Positions 1-8,541 of a stretch of DNA of 40,732 nucleotides are shown piece by piece. Source of the stretch: a virus (lineage: Duplodnaviria; Caudoviricetes); the IMG/VR virus record IMGVR_UViG_3300006867_000025, positions 1-40,732 of that record; one strand, given 5' to 3'. The notes beneath the pieces are model-generated. The model had not been told where the DNA came from. It was given only the letters and a program-made list of their open reading frames with translations, and did not search any database. Each line of letters starts with the position of its first letter. The stretch's first letter is position 1. The position numbers and the translations under genes are program-made.

Positions 1-330
1 GGCGAGGGGCTCGAGCCTGGGCGAGCCCTGGGGGCTTCCCTGGCGCGTGCCTGGTGAGAGCTCGAGGGCTTCCCTGGTGCTCGCCTGGTGCGAGCTCCGG
101 GGCCCTGGGGCCTGGTCGCCTGGCGAGCCCCGGGGCTTCAGCTGAGCGAGGGAGCCTCGAGGGCCTGGGGCAATAGGTAGGCACGGGGCCGAGCGTATCG
201 CCCCGCCTCGGGGCATTTTGGGGCCTTCTCGAGGGCCTCGAGCGAGGGGCCTAGGCCTGGGGCCTGGTCCCTTACCCCCTCGAGGGCCGAGGGCTCGGGG
301 CCTGGTCGGGGCCTGGTCGGGTCGAGGCGG
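1..330. repeat. GC-rich low-complexity, probably non-coding terminal region with short reiterated motifs
   Basis: GGGGCCTGGTC at 107-117, 259-269, 297-307 and 308-318; GGGCTTCCCTGG twice; six CTCGAG within 10-284; no convincing ORF. Confidence 0.6.
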
Positions 331-341
331 AAAGCCTTCAA

Positions 342-354
342 AATCAATGACTTA
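342..354 (+). promoter_or_regulatory. Putative IHF binding site near the presumed cos/packaging region
   Basis: AATCAATGACTTA matches the IHF consensus WATCAANNNNTTR exactly; lies downstream of HNH, where cos is expected. Confidence 0.5.
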
Positions 355-408
355 GGGGCCTCACCTCGATTTTTCCGAAAAATCCCGGATTTTCCCCGAA
401 TCCACATG

Positions 409-456
409 CACGGAAACCATCTACACGGAATCCATCTACACGGAAACCATCTACAC
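409..456. repeat. 15-bp tandem repeat CACGGAAWCCATCTA x3 plus a partial copy
   Basis: Copies at 409-423, 424-438, 439-453, then CAC. Confidence 0.9.
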
Positions 457-486
457 AAAATTTTCCGAACGATTTAGTGCAAGCGA

Positions 487-903
487 TCAATCACCTTCTC
501 GGTTAAGTCTTTCGCGTGCTCGCTTTTCGTCTTGAGTTTTGTTGTTGTGGCATCTGTGGCAGAGCGACTGAAGATTCGAGCTATTGAGCCGAAGAGAGTC
601 ATCGTCTTTTCTCTCAATAATGTGGTCAACCACATCAGCTTTTCGAATAAGACCTCGATCAAGGCAATGCTGACAGAGAGGATTGCGACTGATAAAAGAA
701 CGCCGCAAACGACGCCAGTCAGCACTGCTGTACCAATTGTCTCTTTGTCTATCTTCATCTGTGAAATTCCTTCTACGCGCACGCGCCCCCTTTAGCGCAC
801 GGGTCTCACGCACATGCCTCACGCACATGCCCCGGGCGGCCTTTTCATCGACCAACTCGGGGCACCCTGGGTAGCTGCACGGTTTAGGAGCGGCTCTTGG
901 CAT
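487..903 (-). CDS. HNH endonuclease (HK97 gp74-like terminase accessory)
   Basis: MPRAAPKPC..PGC N-terminus, WRRLR..F..NPLCQHC, VVDHI, NLQSLCHRCHN; last gene before the presumed cos and terS. Confidence 0.9.
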   Translation of the reverse strand: MPRAAPKPCSYPGCPELVDEKAARGMCVRHVRETRALKGARARRRNFTDEDRQRDNWYSSADWRRLRRSFISRNPLCQHCLDRGLIRKADVVDHIIERKDDDSLRLNSSNLQSLCHRCHNNKTQDEKRARERLNREGD

Positions 904-1189
904 CTTTGCTCAGGTACTGCTCGAGGTAGCTAGCAAACCATTTGATCTTGGCTGCGTCCTGGTGGGGGTGCGGGTGTTTGTCCATCATGCGCCAGGTGTA
1001 CTTGGCGATGGTGCCACGCAGGTAGCCCAGGAACTGCTCATGGGTCAGCTGCGCTTTGATGGCGTCGATGCACTCGATGCCACCGTCCTGGTTGTAGTGC
1101 GCCGGGAAGTTGACCGGGTCATTCTTCTGGGCGGGCTGACGCTGCCTGTTCCAATCAGCAGGCGTCGCTTGATCAATGCTGTCTTTCAT
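884..1189 (-). CDS. DUF3310 / T7 gp1.7-like protein (putative nucleotide kinase)
   Basis: DPVNFPAHY...IECIDAI...GYLRGTIAKY.WR motif; start moved to ATG 1189 after a GGAGAGG RBS. Confidence 0.8.
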   Translation of the reverse strand: MKDSIDQATPADWNRQRQPAQKNDPVNFPAHYNQDGGIECIDAIKAQLTHEQFLGYLRGTIAKYTWRMMDKHPHPHQDAAKIKWFASYLEQYLSKDAKSRS

Positions 1190-1275
1190 GCGTCCTCTCC
1201 TCATAGGTGCCCAGGGGCTGTGATGTCTTAACACACACGTCTCCCTGGGCGAGGAACGCGTTTCTTAGCAGTTGT

Positions 1276-1300
1276 TCATACTGGCGACATTGGTGTCACA
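1276..1300 (-). promoter_or_regulatory. Dispersed element TGTGACACCA-N7-CAGTATGA (candidate phage RNAP promoter or operator), copy 1
   Basis: Flanks identical to 8119-8143; sits at the exonuclease stop, upstream of DUF3310/HNH. Confidence 0.45.
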
Positions 1301-2117
1301 TCAGCCTGCTAAGGGGTACAAACAGGTCATCCGTAGGATGCCAAAGGCGGATCGACTGGCTGGGCCAGTCATAGTCATAGCTCCGCAGGATTCGAGCGAG
1401 GCGTGCCTGGCGGATCGCACAGGACTCAGCAACGTCGGGGTTTTTGTAGTGCTGCTTATAGGTCTCGAGCACCTCGAACCATAAGCGCTCCAGGAAGACT
1501 GGCTCGTCCTCGAGGTCGTCTACCGGCGGAAGAGCTCTAGCAGCTTTAACTTTTCCGATGCCAGGACAGCCCTGGTACCCGTCCACTGAGTCGCCCATCA
1601 GGGTTTGGAACATCCAGAACCAGTTAGCCTGGTTAGGACTGATCTCATGGAGCTCATCGTGCATCGGGTTGTAGATCACACCAGGAATCGTCCGCATGTC
1701 CTTATCGGAGGAAACGATGATGGTGTTGTTGGGGCTGCGCGTGTGCATCACCCCGAGCATGTCATCGCCCTCGAGGCCGTCCACGCTGATGCTGTTAAAG
1801 GTCGCCCGCAAATGCTTCACCAGGGGCCAGTAGTGCTCAGGCTTAGGCTTAGGGTTACGGTTGGCCTTGTAGTCCTTATCGACCGACTTACGGAAGTTGC
1901 TGCGGTTGTCAGGCGACCACACCAGGATGAACTCCTCAGCATCGAAGAGCTCGAAGATGCGCTTGAGCTCGAGCTCTGCATCGGTGATCACGTCCTCGAG
2001 CGTGATGTCCTGCCGGGGGGTGCCGTCAAAAGGATCAGGCCCCTCGGCCATTGATGCTGACTTGTACGCCACGATGTCGGCGTCAATCAGGACGTAGTCA
2101 ATCTTGCGGTCTAGCAT
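1296..2117 (-). CDS. 5'-3' exonuclease (T7 gp6-like)
   Basis: LIDADIVAY, NFRK..YKANR, LEGDD, SSDKDMRTIPG, QTLMGDSVDGYQGCPGIG; ATG 2117 with GGAGG RBS. Confidence 0.9.
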   Translation of the reverse strand: MLDRKIDYVLIDADIVAYKSASMAEGPDPFDGTPRQDITLEDVITDAELELKRIFELFDAEEFILVWSPDNRSNFRKSVDKDYKANRNPKPKPEHYWPLVKHLRATFNSISVDGLEGDDMLGVMHTRSPNNTIIVSSDKDMRTIPGVIYNPMHDELHEISPNQANWFWMFQTLMGDSVDGYQGCPGIGKVKAARALPPVDDLEDEPVFLERLWFEVLETYKQHYKNPDVAESCAIRQARLARILRSYDYDWPSQSIRLWHPTDDLFVPLSRLM

Positions 2118-2403
2118 TGGATACCTCCGTGGAGCTCCAGACACTGGGTATCTCAGGGAGAGTCCAGCCGAAGTTTTTGCTTGCTTGTCTGATGCGTCGA
2201 TCCGTGTCCGAGTCCCCCGACAGTGAGCGGCGGAAAGCGTCAGCAAGCTTTGCTCGAGCCTTACGGAAGTCGCGCTTATCGTAGGGATCGAAGAGCTCCG
2301 CCTCATTGATTTCAGTCAGAGCTCGAAGTACCAGGGCCAGCTGGCGGCGGGTAAGCCGATCGGTCCCCTTCTGTCTCACATAGGTTGGGTTGTTCTTCGA
2401 CAT
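2098..2403 (-). CDS. Hypothetical protein
   Basis: Strong RBS GGAGGAGG before ATG 2403 (MSKNNPTY...); fills the gap before the exonuclease. Confidence 0.6.
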   Translation of the reverse strand: MSKNNPTYVRQKGTDRLTRRQLALVLRALTEINEAELFDPYDKRDFRKARAKLADAFRRSLSGDSDTDRRIRQASKNFGWTLPEIPSVWSSTEVSNARPQD

Positions 2404-2590
2404 AGTCCTCCTCCCTTCGAGCAAAGTGCCCGAACCCATTGGTCTCAATGTCAGCGTCATGCCACCCGGCAAGCCAAAAGCCTCTGCGGATGAGGTCGGC
2501 ACGGCCATAGGGGCATGCGCTTTCCAATTGACCATTGAAATAAGCAACACGCCCGGCGTGGTAGAGCACGTCGTCGCGTCGGCTAAACAT
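2312..2590 (-). CDS. Ribosome modulation factor (Rmf/CrpP-fold)-like small protein
   Basis: YHAGRVAYFNG..SACPY....RRGFWLAGWHDA resembles the RMF pattern G..A...G....CPY.....W..GW; AGGAG RBS. Confidence 0.55.
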   Translation of the reverse strand: MFSRRDDVLYHAGRVAYFNGQLESACPYGRADLIRRGFWLAGWHDADIETNGFGHFARREEDYVEEQPNLCETEGDRSAYPPPAGPGTSSSD

Positions 2591-2599
2591 AGGAACTCC

Positions 2600-4444
2600 T
2601 TAGTGCGTCTCGGCCCAGCTGCTGCCGATCTGGTAATCCCCAGCGAACGGGACTGGGAGCTCGAGGCGCCTGCCTGCAAGGTTGATAGCCATCGCAAACA
2701 GACCCCCGACCAGTTCCGCTTTATCTGGGACAACTGAGAGTTGTTGTTCATCGTGAACATTGGCAAGGAGAGCAAAGTCCTTACCGTGCTCGAGCCCTTC
2801 ACTGGGCGTGAGCTCATGTAAAAAGAGAGCCAAGGCTTGCTTCATCAGGATCGACCCACTCCCCTGCAAGAGGGTGTTGAGGGCGGTTCGCTGTGCGCTA
2901 GCAGCGCGCCGACCATCAGGCAGTGTGACGTATCCTTTCTCACCAGCTTGTTGCTGGATTGAGGCGATGAGCTCGCCTAGGCCCAAAACGCCCGACTCAA
3001 TACGCTGTCGGGCAAGCCGTCCAAGGGCTGGGAATTTGGCCTTGGACGGGGGGTCTTCACCGGCCTGCTCGAGGTCGTCAGCGACAATGCTGCCGATCTT
3101 CGTATCACCGGCGCCATAAATCAGGGCGTAGTACAGGGTCTTAGCGTTATCACGCGAATGCAGCCCTGCTGCCTTCTGATTGATGGTGTGGGGATCAGTG
3201 CCTTCCTCTTTCTTCCCACGGAGTACCGCCTCGGCATAGGCGCCTTTGTCGTACTTGTGTAGGTAAGAGGCGAGCATACGGAGCTCGAGGGCGTCAGCAT
3301 CGCATCCGACCAGAACGTGGCCTTCATCGGGCAAGAAGAGCGAGCGCATAGCTTTGCTCTTGTCGACCTGGGCCATGTTAGGCCTGGAGTGGGACATGCG
3401 GTGCGTTCTCGAGCCACAGCTGCGGACGTAGCCGTGCATGCGACCACGCTCATGCAGCTTTAGCCAGGCGTTCCTGCCTTCGCTCAGCATCCCCTGCTGC
3501 TTCGACTTGCGGAAGTACTCGCGCAGTAGGCGAGCTTCCGGGTAGTCGAGGGTGCTGAGGGTGCTCTCATCGAGCTTAGGCCTGCCGTCGTCAGTGAACT
3601 CGGTCGGCTTCCAGCCATACTGGGCGTTGAGCCTTCGAGCTACCTGCTGGCGAGACCCTGGGTTGAACATGTCGAAAGAGCACCTCGAGAGAGGGGCGTC
3701 TTTGGTGTAGCCAAGTTTGTTGTTGTTCACCGAGGGGGTCCAGGGCTCGACCGCTATCCAGGTGCGCTTGTTGAAGTCCCAGCGACCGGATTGAGGACGG
3801 AACTCATGGGAGAACACCTTGGTGAGCATCTTCTCGAGGGCACAAATGTCCTCGGTCAGTTTGACGCTCAGCTGCTCAGCAGCCTTCACGTCGAAGCGGA
3901 ACCCGTGCTGCGCCTGGAGCGCTAGGGCTAACTGGACCTGGTGCTCGAGCTTGATGGCTGCGCGGTAGTCATTGCCTTGGCGGTAGAGCTTCTTGAGCTC
4001 GAGCTGCAGGTGATCGTACAGGCGAGCCGTGAGCTCCACGTCACGTTCCATGTAGACGCGCATCTCATCGCTGTAGCGTGAGAAGTCTTTGAAGTCGCCC
4101 TTGGGGAACCCGAACTGCTTACCGAAGGAAGCAAGGCTCAGACTGACTCTCGAGGGTTCGACTAAAGCGGCGACCACCATCGTGTCCCAGTGCTGCTCGA
4201 AGGTGAGCGTGCCTGGGTACAGCTTGTTGATGGCAGGCATGTCGTAACCGATCACGTTATGACCGATCAGTCTCTCCGCCTTCTTCAGCCTCTCGAGGCC
4301 CTCCCTGATCGAGGGAAGGCTCGGGTCTTTGTCCGTGTAGGTTTGAACGATGCTCTCGCCGACGGCGCAGACGCCAATACAGTGAATTGTGCTTAGCTCC
4401 GGCAACAGCCCGTCTCCTTCGATATCGTAGACGAGATGTTCCAT
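2600..4444 (-). CDS. DNA polymerase, family A (T7 gp5-like)
   Basis: Exo motifs YDIEGDG and GHNVIGYD; motif A DADALELR, motif B RDNAKTLYYALIYG, motif C NVHDE; ends GSSWAETH. Confidence 0.95.
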   Translation of the reverse strand: MEHLVYDIEGDGLLPELSTIHCIGVCAVGESIVQTYTDKDPSLPSIREGLERLKKAERLIGHNVIGYDMPAINKLYPGTLTFEQHWDTMVVAALVEPSRVSLSLASFGKQFGFPKGDFKDFSRYSDEMRVYMERDVELTARLYDHLQLELKKLYRQGNDYRAAIKLEHQVQLALALQAQHGFRFDVKAAEQLSVKLTEDICALEKMLTKVFSHEFRPQSGRWDFNKRTWIAVEPWTPSVNNNKLGYTKDAPLSRCSFDMFNPGSRQQVARRLNAQYGWKPTEFTDDGRPKLDESTLSTLDYPEARLLREYFRKSKQQGMLSEGRNAWLKLHERGRMHGYVRSCGSRTHRMSHSRPNMAQVDKSKAMRSLFLPDEGHVLVGCDADALELRMLASYLHKYDKGAYAEAVLRGKKEEGTDPHTINQKAAGLHSRDNAKTLYYALIYGAGDTKIGSIVADDLEQAGEDPPSKAKFPALGRLARQRIESGVLGLGELIASIQQQAGEKGYVTLPDGRRAASAQRTALNTLLQGSGSILMKQALALFLHELTPSEGLEHGKDFALLANVHDEQQLSVVPDKAELVGGLFAMAINLAGRRLELPVPFAGDYQIGSSWAETH

Positions 4445-4459
4445 TGTCTTTCCCCCCGC

Positions 4460-4666
4460 TCACGGTAAGTCAGTCAGAATCAAGTGATCCTCCAGACTGA
4501 GCGTGATTTTTTGTTGAGGCGCTCGCTTCCTGCAGTCCAGGACGAAGCGCTTCATGGCAGCGACTCTCATGCGCTGAGCAATGGCTGAGCCCCTGCGTGC
4601 TTCATAGGCAGCTTCTGCTTCATTGATCAGCTTCAGAGCCTCAGCGGGGGTTAGCTGTGCTTGCAT
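4460..4666 (-). CDS. Hypothetical protein
   Basis: GAGGAG RBS; tightly packed in the operon. Confidence 0.6.
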   Translation of the reverse strand: MQAQLTPAEALKLINEAEAAYEARRGSAIAQRMRVAAMKRFVLDCRKRAPQQKITLSLEDHLILTDLP

Positions 4667-4881
4667 GCGATGCGCTCCTCAATTTCGCGCTCGACGTACA
4701 TGTAGATGAGCCGAGCCAGGGGATGGTTGGGCAGCTTGGTCTGCGGGTCGCAGTCCAGGTCAAACGATGAGAGCTCGCGAGCAATCGACTTGAGCACAAT
4801 GCCGACCATCAGTGATCGGCTTTGCTCGAGGTTAGAATCGATGACTGCGTCTATTTCTGTTTTGAATTGCTTACGGTCCAT
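4651..4881 (-). CDS. Hypothetical protein
   Basis: AGGAGGAGG RBS; tightly packed in the operon. Confidence 0.65.
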   Translation of the reverse strand: MDRKQFKTEIDAVIDSNLEQSRSLMVGIVLKSIARELSSFDLDCDPQTKLPNHPLARLIYMYVEREIEERIACKHS

Positions 4882-4904
4882 AAAGCCTCCTCCTGCTTTT
4901 GGGA

Positions 4905-6524
4905 CTAAAACGGGATGTCCTCGAGGTCGTCAGGGACAGCGTCGAGGGTCTCGTCATAGGGCAACAACCTTCCTGTCTGGCGGTCGTAGCGGGCCTTGCC
5001 TGCTAGCCCGACCACACCGAAGGGTCTGTTCTTGAGAATGCGGAATTGCGTGATGTCTGCCTTGCTTGCGTCTTCTTCCTGCTGATTCCGCTCGCTAGCA
5101 ATCACAACGTCAGAGAGCTGCTCGAGGCCAGACGATCCTCGAAGGTCGGTCAGGGATACCTTGCCGCCTTCGTTAAAGCTGTCTTTGCCTGAGTTACGCT
5201 TTAGGTGACTGACAGCAACGACGCCTACGCCGGTCTGCTCAACAAACTGGCGGAGAGCGGTCATGAGGATGTCGAGGGTCTTGCGCTCTTCGACATCGAG
5301 GCCAGAGACGACCATCGAGACGTGATCAAGGACGATCCAGTCACACTCACAGCCAACCGCCAGGAAGCGCAGCTTGGTCATCAAGGTGTTCACGTCACAG
5401 CTGCCCCAGCTGTCGTAGAAGTCGCTCATGGTGACGAGCTCCTGCATGGACCTATCCCAGTCAGGCTGCTCGAGGCAGTGAGGGTTCTCCATGAGGTCGC
5501 CCAGGGGCACGTTGTTGTCGATAGCCACTAGGCCCTGGATGGTCTTTCGGTAGCTTTCCTCGAGCATCACCCAGCCCACTCTTTGGGAGTGGTTTTTGAT
5601 GAGGTTGTATCCGAGCTCTCGAGCAAGGGTCGACTTACCGATGCCAGAGCCAGCTGACAGCAGAATGAGCTCACCTTTACGCAGACCCCGGAGGGCTTTG
5701 TTGATACCTGGGAACTGGCAATCGAGACCGCGAGGCGTTGCCCGGATGATCTCAGTGAAGTCGACTTCACTACCGCGTCGAATGCCGTCAGGACGGAAAG
5801 GTACGGCGGCATAGACAGCAGCCTTGAGCTCTGCCTCTTTACCGGCCACCAGCATTTCGTTGGCGTCTTTGAGCGGAAGCTGGGCGATCTTAGCCAGGCC
5901 TGGGCGTAGAAGAGCAGCACACTCCTGGGCGGCTTTCTGTCCAGGCTCGTCCTGGTCAAACAGGAAGACGACCTCCTCGAAGGACTCAACGAACTCGAGC
6001 TCCTTGCGAATCGCTTTTGCAGCAGACTGAGCTCCGCTAGGGACGGAGACGACCTGCCACGTCAGCCCGGTGACCTGGGCATAAGACATGGCATCGATCT
6101 CGCCCTCGGTGATCACCAGGCGCTGACCTGGAGACCAGAGCTGCTGACCGAAGAGCCCAGCCTTCTGCATGTCACCGACAGCGTAGAAGTCCTTGTTAGG
6201 GCCTCTCACCTTCTGGGCGACATAGTTACCGTTGCGGTCGAAATACGGGGCGTAGTGCTTACCTTCAGAGATCGTGTACTTAAACTTGCGAAGCGTGCGT
6301 TCGTAGAGGCGGCGGTCAGAAAGGTCCATGTACGCGCCGGTTACGAACTCGCTCACATTAGTTTGCCTCGGTTGTTGAGGTTGGACCTCAGCGTCGAACT
6401 CATCGACCATCGGGACGTGAGTCTGACAGCTGAAGCAAAAGCCATGACCGTCGTCGTAGACGGCAAAGGCGTCGCTGCTAGGACACGCTGGGCATGCCCG
6501 TTTCTCAATGTAGTTGCTCTGCAT
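4905..6524 (-). CDS. Primase-helicase (T7 gp4-like)
   Basis: Zn ribbon CPACPSSD..CFSC, TOPRIM ITEGEIDAMS and FDQDEPG, Walker A AGSGIGKST, LDHVS, DLRGSSGLEQLSD, LKNR. Confidence 0.95.
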   Translation of the reverse strand: MQSNYIEKRACPACPSSDAFAVYDDGHGFCFSCQTHVPMVDEFDAEVQPQQPRQTNVSEFVTGAYMDLSDRRLYERTLRKFKYTISEGKHYAPYFDRNGNYVAQKVRGPNKDFYAVGDMQKAGLFGQQLWSPGQRLVITEGEIDAMSYAQVTGLTWQVVSVPSGAQSAAKAIRKELEFVESFEEVVFLFDQDEPGQKAAQECAALLRPGLAKIAQLPLKDANEMLVAGKEAELKAAVYAAVPFRPDGIRRGSEVDFTEIIRATPRGLDCQFPGINKALRGLRKGELILLSAGSGIGKSTLARELGYNLIKNHSQRVGWVMLEESYRKTIQGLVAIDNNVPLGDLMENPHCLEQPDWDRSMQELVTMSDFYDSWGSCDVNTLMTKLRFLAVGCECDWIVLDHVSMVVSGLDVEERKTLDILMTALRQFVEQTGVGVVAVSHLKRNSGKDSFNEGGKVSLTDLRGSSGLEQLSDVVIASERNQQEEDASKADITQFRILKNRPFGVVGLAGKARYDRQTGRLLPYDETLDAVPDDLEDIPF

Positions 6525-6539
6525 TTCCCCCTCCTGCAG

Positions 6540-6623
6540 TTACTTGCTGGCCCAATGAGCCACAAGGATGTAGACGACTCCGAAGAGCAAAAGCGTGCAG
6601 GCCAATTCAAGAAAAAAGACCAT
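6540..6623 (-). CDS. 27-aa single-transmembrane peptide (MVFFLELACTLLLFGVVYILVAHWASK)
   Basis: Not in the ORF track; GGGAG RBS; fills the gap between RusA and primase; hydrophobic core. Confidence 0.55.
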   Translation of the reverse strand: MVFFLELACTLLLFGVVYILVAHWASK

Positions 6624-6633
6624 CGCGTTCTCC

Positions 6634-7050
6634 CTAGAGAGTGAACACGCGCACCAGGGTGTGCGGCTCCTCTCTTTCTTTTGCGTAGCGCTTATGGGCG
6701 ATCAAGAGCTCGATCTGTGAGTCGTCGTACCAAAAGATTTCGGCACTGGTCATGCAGTCCAGCGGGAGCTTCGACAGGTTGTCGATGTCATAGCTGGGTG
6801 CTGGGTTGACGACCTTCTTTGGCCTGGAGCAAACGAACTCGAGGCCGACGATCAAGCGCTCGTCTTTATCTAAAAACCTCCACCGGGGACGGACGACCGT
6901 CATCCAGGAAGAGAAGTCTCGTACATACTGCTGATGTCGTTTTGAATAGTAGGTGCCGAACCTAGCCACCTTGGGGCGGCTGGCTGGTACTGGGGGGACA
7001 GGAATGTAGAACTCCTGTGGTGGGGCAAGTGCGCTTATGTCTAACTTCAC
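6634..7050 (-). CDS. rusA: RusA-family Holliday junction resolvase
   Basis: PVPASRPKV..GTYY, DIDNLSK..LD....WYDDSQI; GTG start overlaps the upstream stop (GTGA). Confidence 0.85.
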   Translation of the reverse strand: MKLDISALAPPQEFYIPVPPVPASRPKVARFGTYYSKRHQQYVRDFSSWMTVVRPRWRFLDKDERLIVGLEFVCSRPKKVVNPAPSYDIDNLSKLPLDCMTSAEIFWYDDSQIELLIAHKRYAKEREEPHTLVRVFTL

Positions 7051-7610
7051 GATTCGAGCTCCTCCCGAAGCTGGGTCATCAATTCGACTGCTTCGCTTGG
7101 GCTGATCTCGAACCACTCCCCCTGCAACCGTCGACCGGAAAGTTGTGCGTAGACCTTCCGCGACGCCTCCTCGATATTCAAAAACTCATGAGCGAACTCG
7201 AGCCGGTAGGCTCGGTTTGGGCACCCGACCTGATATTGCACCAGGCGACGGCGAACACTACTTGTGATGCCGATCTTGCAGCAGCCCTCGAATGACGGGT
7301 GTGTCATGACGTAAAGCCACTGCTTGGCGCGTGGGACGTACTCGATGCCGTAGTGCGCTAGCACTTCGACCCGAAGCTTGTCTTTCGCGCTCTTAGGTAA
7401 AGCTACAAAGTCAGCAGTAGTCATACCGCTGAGCTGCTTCGCCAGGGTGTTGACGCGATTCCAAAAGGTCTTGGCGTCTTCCTGGCGCAGCTGTGTAGAA
7501 ATGCGCCCAGCGGGGAGAACGTGGGTGCGGGGGTGATCGTCCCCGCCAGGCGACTTAACTGAATCACTAGAAGCTGACGTCTTCTGCTTCTGATGCGACG
7601 AATCCTTCAT
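7047..7610 (-). CDS. GIY-YIG-like T5orf172-domain protein
   Basis: LYVM...CKIGIT....RRL..YQ.G.P...Y....GEWF; ATG 7610 has a GGAGG RBS, start uncertain. Confidence 0.7.
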   Translation of the reverse strand: MKDSSHQKQKTSASSDSVKSPGGDDHPRTHVLPAGRISTQLRQEDAKTFWNRVNTLAKQLSGMTTADFVALPKSAKDKLRVEVLAHYGIEYVPRAKQWLYVMTHPSFEGCCKIGITSSVRRRLVQYQVGCPNRAYRLEFAHEFLNIEEASRKVYAQLSGRRLQGEWFEISPSEAVELMTQLREELES

Positions 7611-8088
7611 CGGGCCCTCCGAAGGGGTCACCCGAACCGTCGTCAGACGAGCGCTTATCGATTAAACGGACAGCGTTCAAATAGAGGGTCACGCCTTTGT
7701 TGCCTGCTGTTGAGTAGGCTTTAGCGTTACCCGCTACCCGAATTAAATCCCCCATACCGATAACCACGTCTGAAGGCAGCGCACTGCCGGTGGCGTCTTG
7801 CGTTGTGGGCTTACTCTTCGATTTGAAGGTCACACGCAGACGACCATCGTCTTGCTGCTTCAACGGGCTCCGAATGCCCTCGATTGAAATACCAGGCCAC
7901 TCAGCCTCAGCTGCCTTCTGCACAGCCTCACGCATTACCCGGATAGTTGCTGCATCCTCGGCTTCATCAAGGAAAGCAGAAACCTCGTACTTGCCCGAAG
8001 GGTACTTCGAGGTCGTATCGGGTTCGTGAATGCTGGGGAAAGACGCACTGAAAGGCTCAGTGGCGAAACGAACATAACCATTTGCCAT
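7567..8088 (-). CDS. Single-stranded DNA-binding protein (T7 gp2.5-like)
   Basis: FPSIHEPDT..GKY, GVTLYLNAVRLID, acidic C-terminal tail ending in Phe; position in the T7-like block. Confidence 0.8.
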   Translation of the reverse strand: MANGYVRFATEPFSASFPSIHEPDTTSKYPSGKYEVSAFLDEAEDAATIRVMREAVQKAAEAEWPGISIEGIRSPLKQQDDGRLRVTFKSKSKPTTQDATGSALPSDVVIGMGDLIRVAGNAKAYSTAGNKGVTLYLNAVRLIDKRSSDDGSGDPFGGPDEGFVASEAEDVSF

Positions 8089-8118
8089 GGGATTCTCCTC
8101 CTGCGTTGGCTCTTTAGG

Positions 8119-8143
8119 TCATACTGTCTACGCTGGTGTCACA
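8119..8143 (-). promoter_or_regulatory. Dispersed element TGTGACACCAGCGTAGACAGTATGA, copy 2
   Basis: 19 bp identical to 11481-11499; flanks identical to 1276-1300; directly upstream of SSB. Confidence 0.5.
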
Positions 8144-8541
8144 GACTCGAGCGCCTGTTGGGTCAGCGTGACTGCTCTCTGATTGGCGATAGGCTTGCGT
8201 GCCCACTCCATAGAGAGAAAGAGCTCCTTATGCTCTTGCGTGTAAGGCTGTAGCCACTGCTCAGAAAAAGTCAGCGTCTCGTCGCCAAACTGCAAGTTGA
8301 TCTCTCGCTCCGACAGCCCAAGCAGACGCGCACACATACGAACGCGCTCGAGGCGCTCATAGATTTGGTCTGCGTTCCTGGGATTGCCGAACTTGGCGAA
8401 AGGTAGGTTGTTGATGTCGATGTATGTGCGGAAGCGGCGGTAGGACCACCCGAGTGCCCGGCACCAGTCAGACCTCGACGCGACTGGGCCGGACTTACGG
8501 ATCACCTCCTCAATGTCAGACGAAGTCAGCGTCGGTGCCAT
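8128..8541 (-). CDS. Hypothetical protein, possible HTH
   Basis: SRSDWCRALGWSYRRFRTY looks HTH-like; GAGG RBS. Confidence 0.6.
   Translation of the reverse strand: MAPTLTSSDIEEVIRKSGPVASRSDWCRALGWSYRRFRTYIDINNLPFAKFGNPRNADQIYERLERVRMCARLLGLSEREINLQFGDETLTFSEQWLQPYTQEHKELFLSMEWARKPIANQRAVTLTQQALESVTPA

Noticed and set aside
409-456. Possible mini-CRISPR array
   Set aside because: The 15-bp units are contiguous with no spacers, and there are no cas genes.
138-458. 106-aa ORF with CRWFP repeats
   Set aside because: It is a translation of the 15-bp repeat and the low-complexity GC region; no RBS seen.
474-782. 102-aa hydrophobic ORF nested in HNH in another frame
   Set aside because: Almost entirely inside a well-supported gene and no clear RBS; a nested membrane gene cannot be supported from sequence alone.
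7560-7631. Frameshift fusion of SSB to the T5orf172 ORF
   Set aside because: No slippery sequence; the downstream ORF has its own GGAGG-ATG at 7610 and SSB ends in a canonical acidic-Phe tail.
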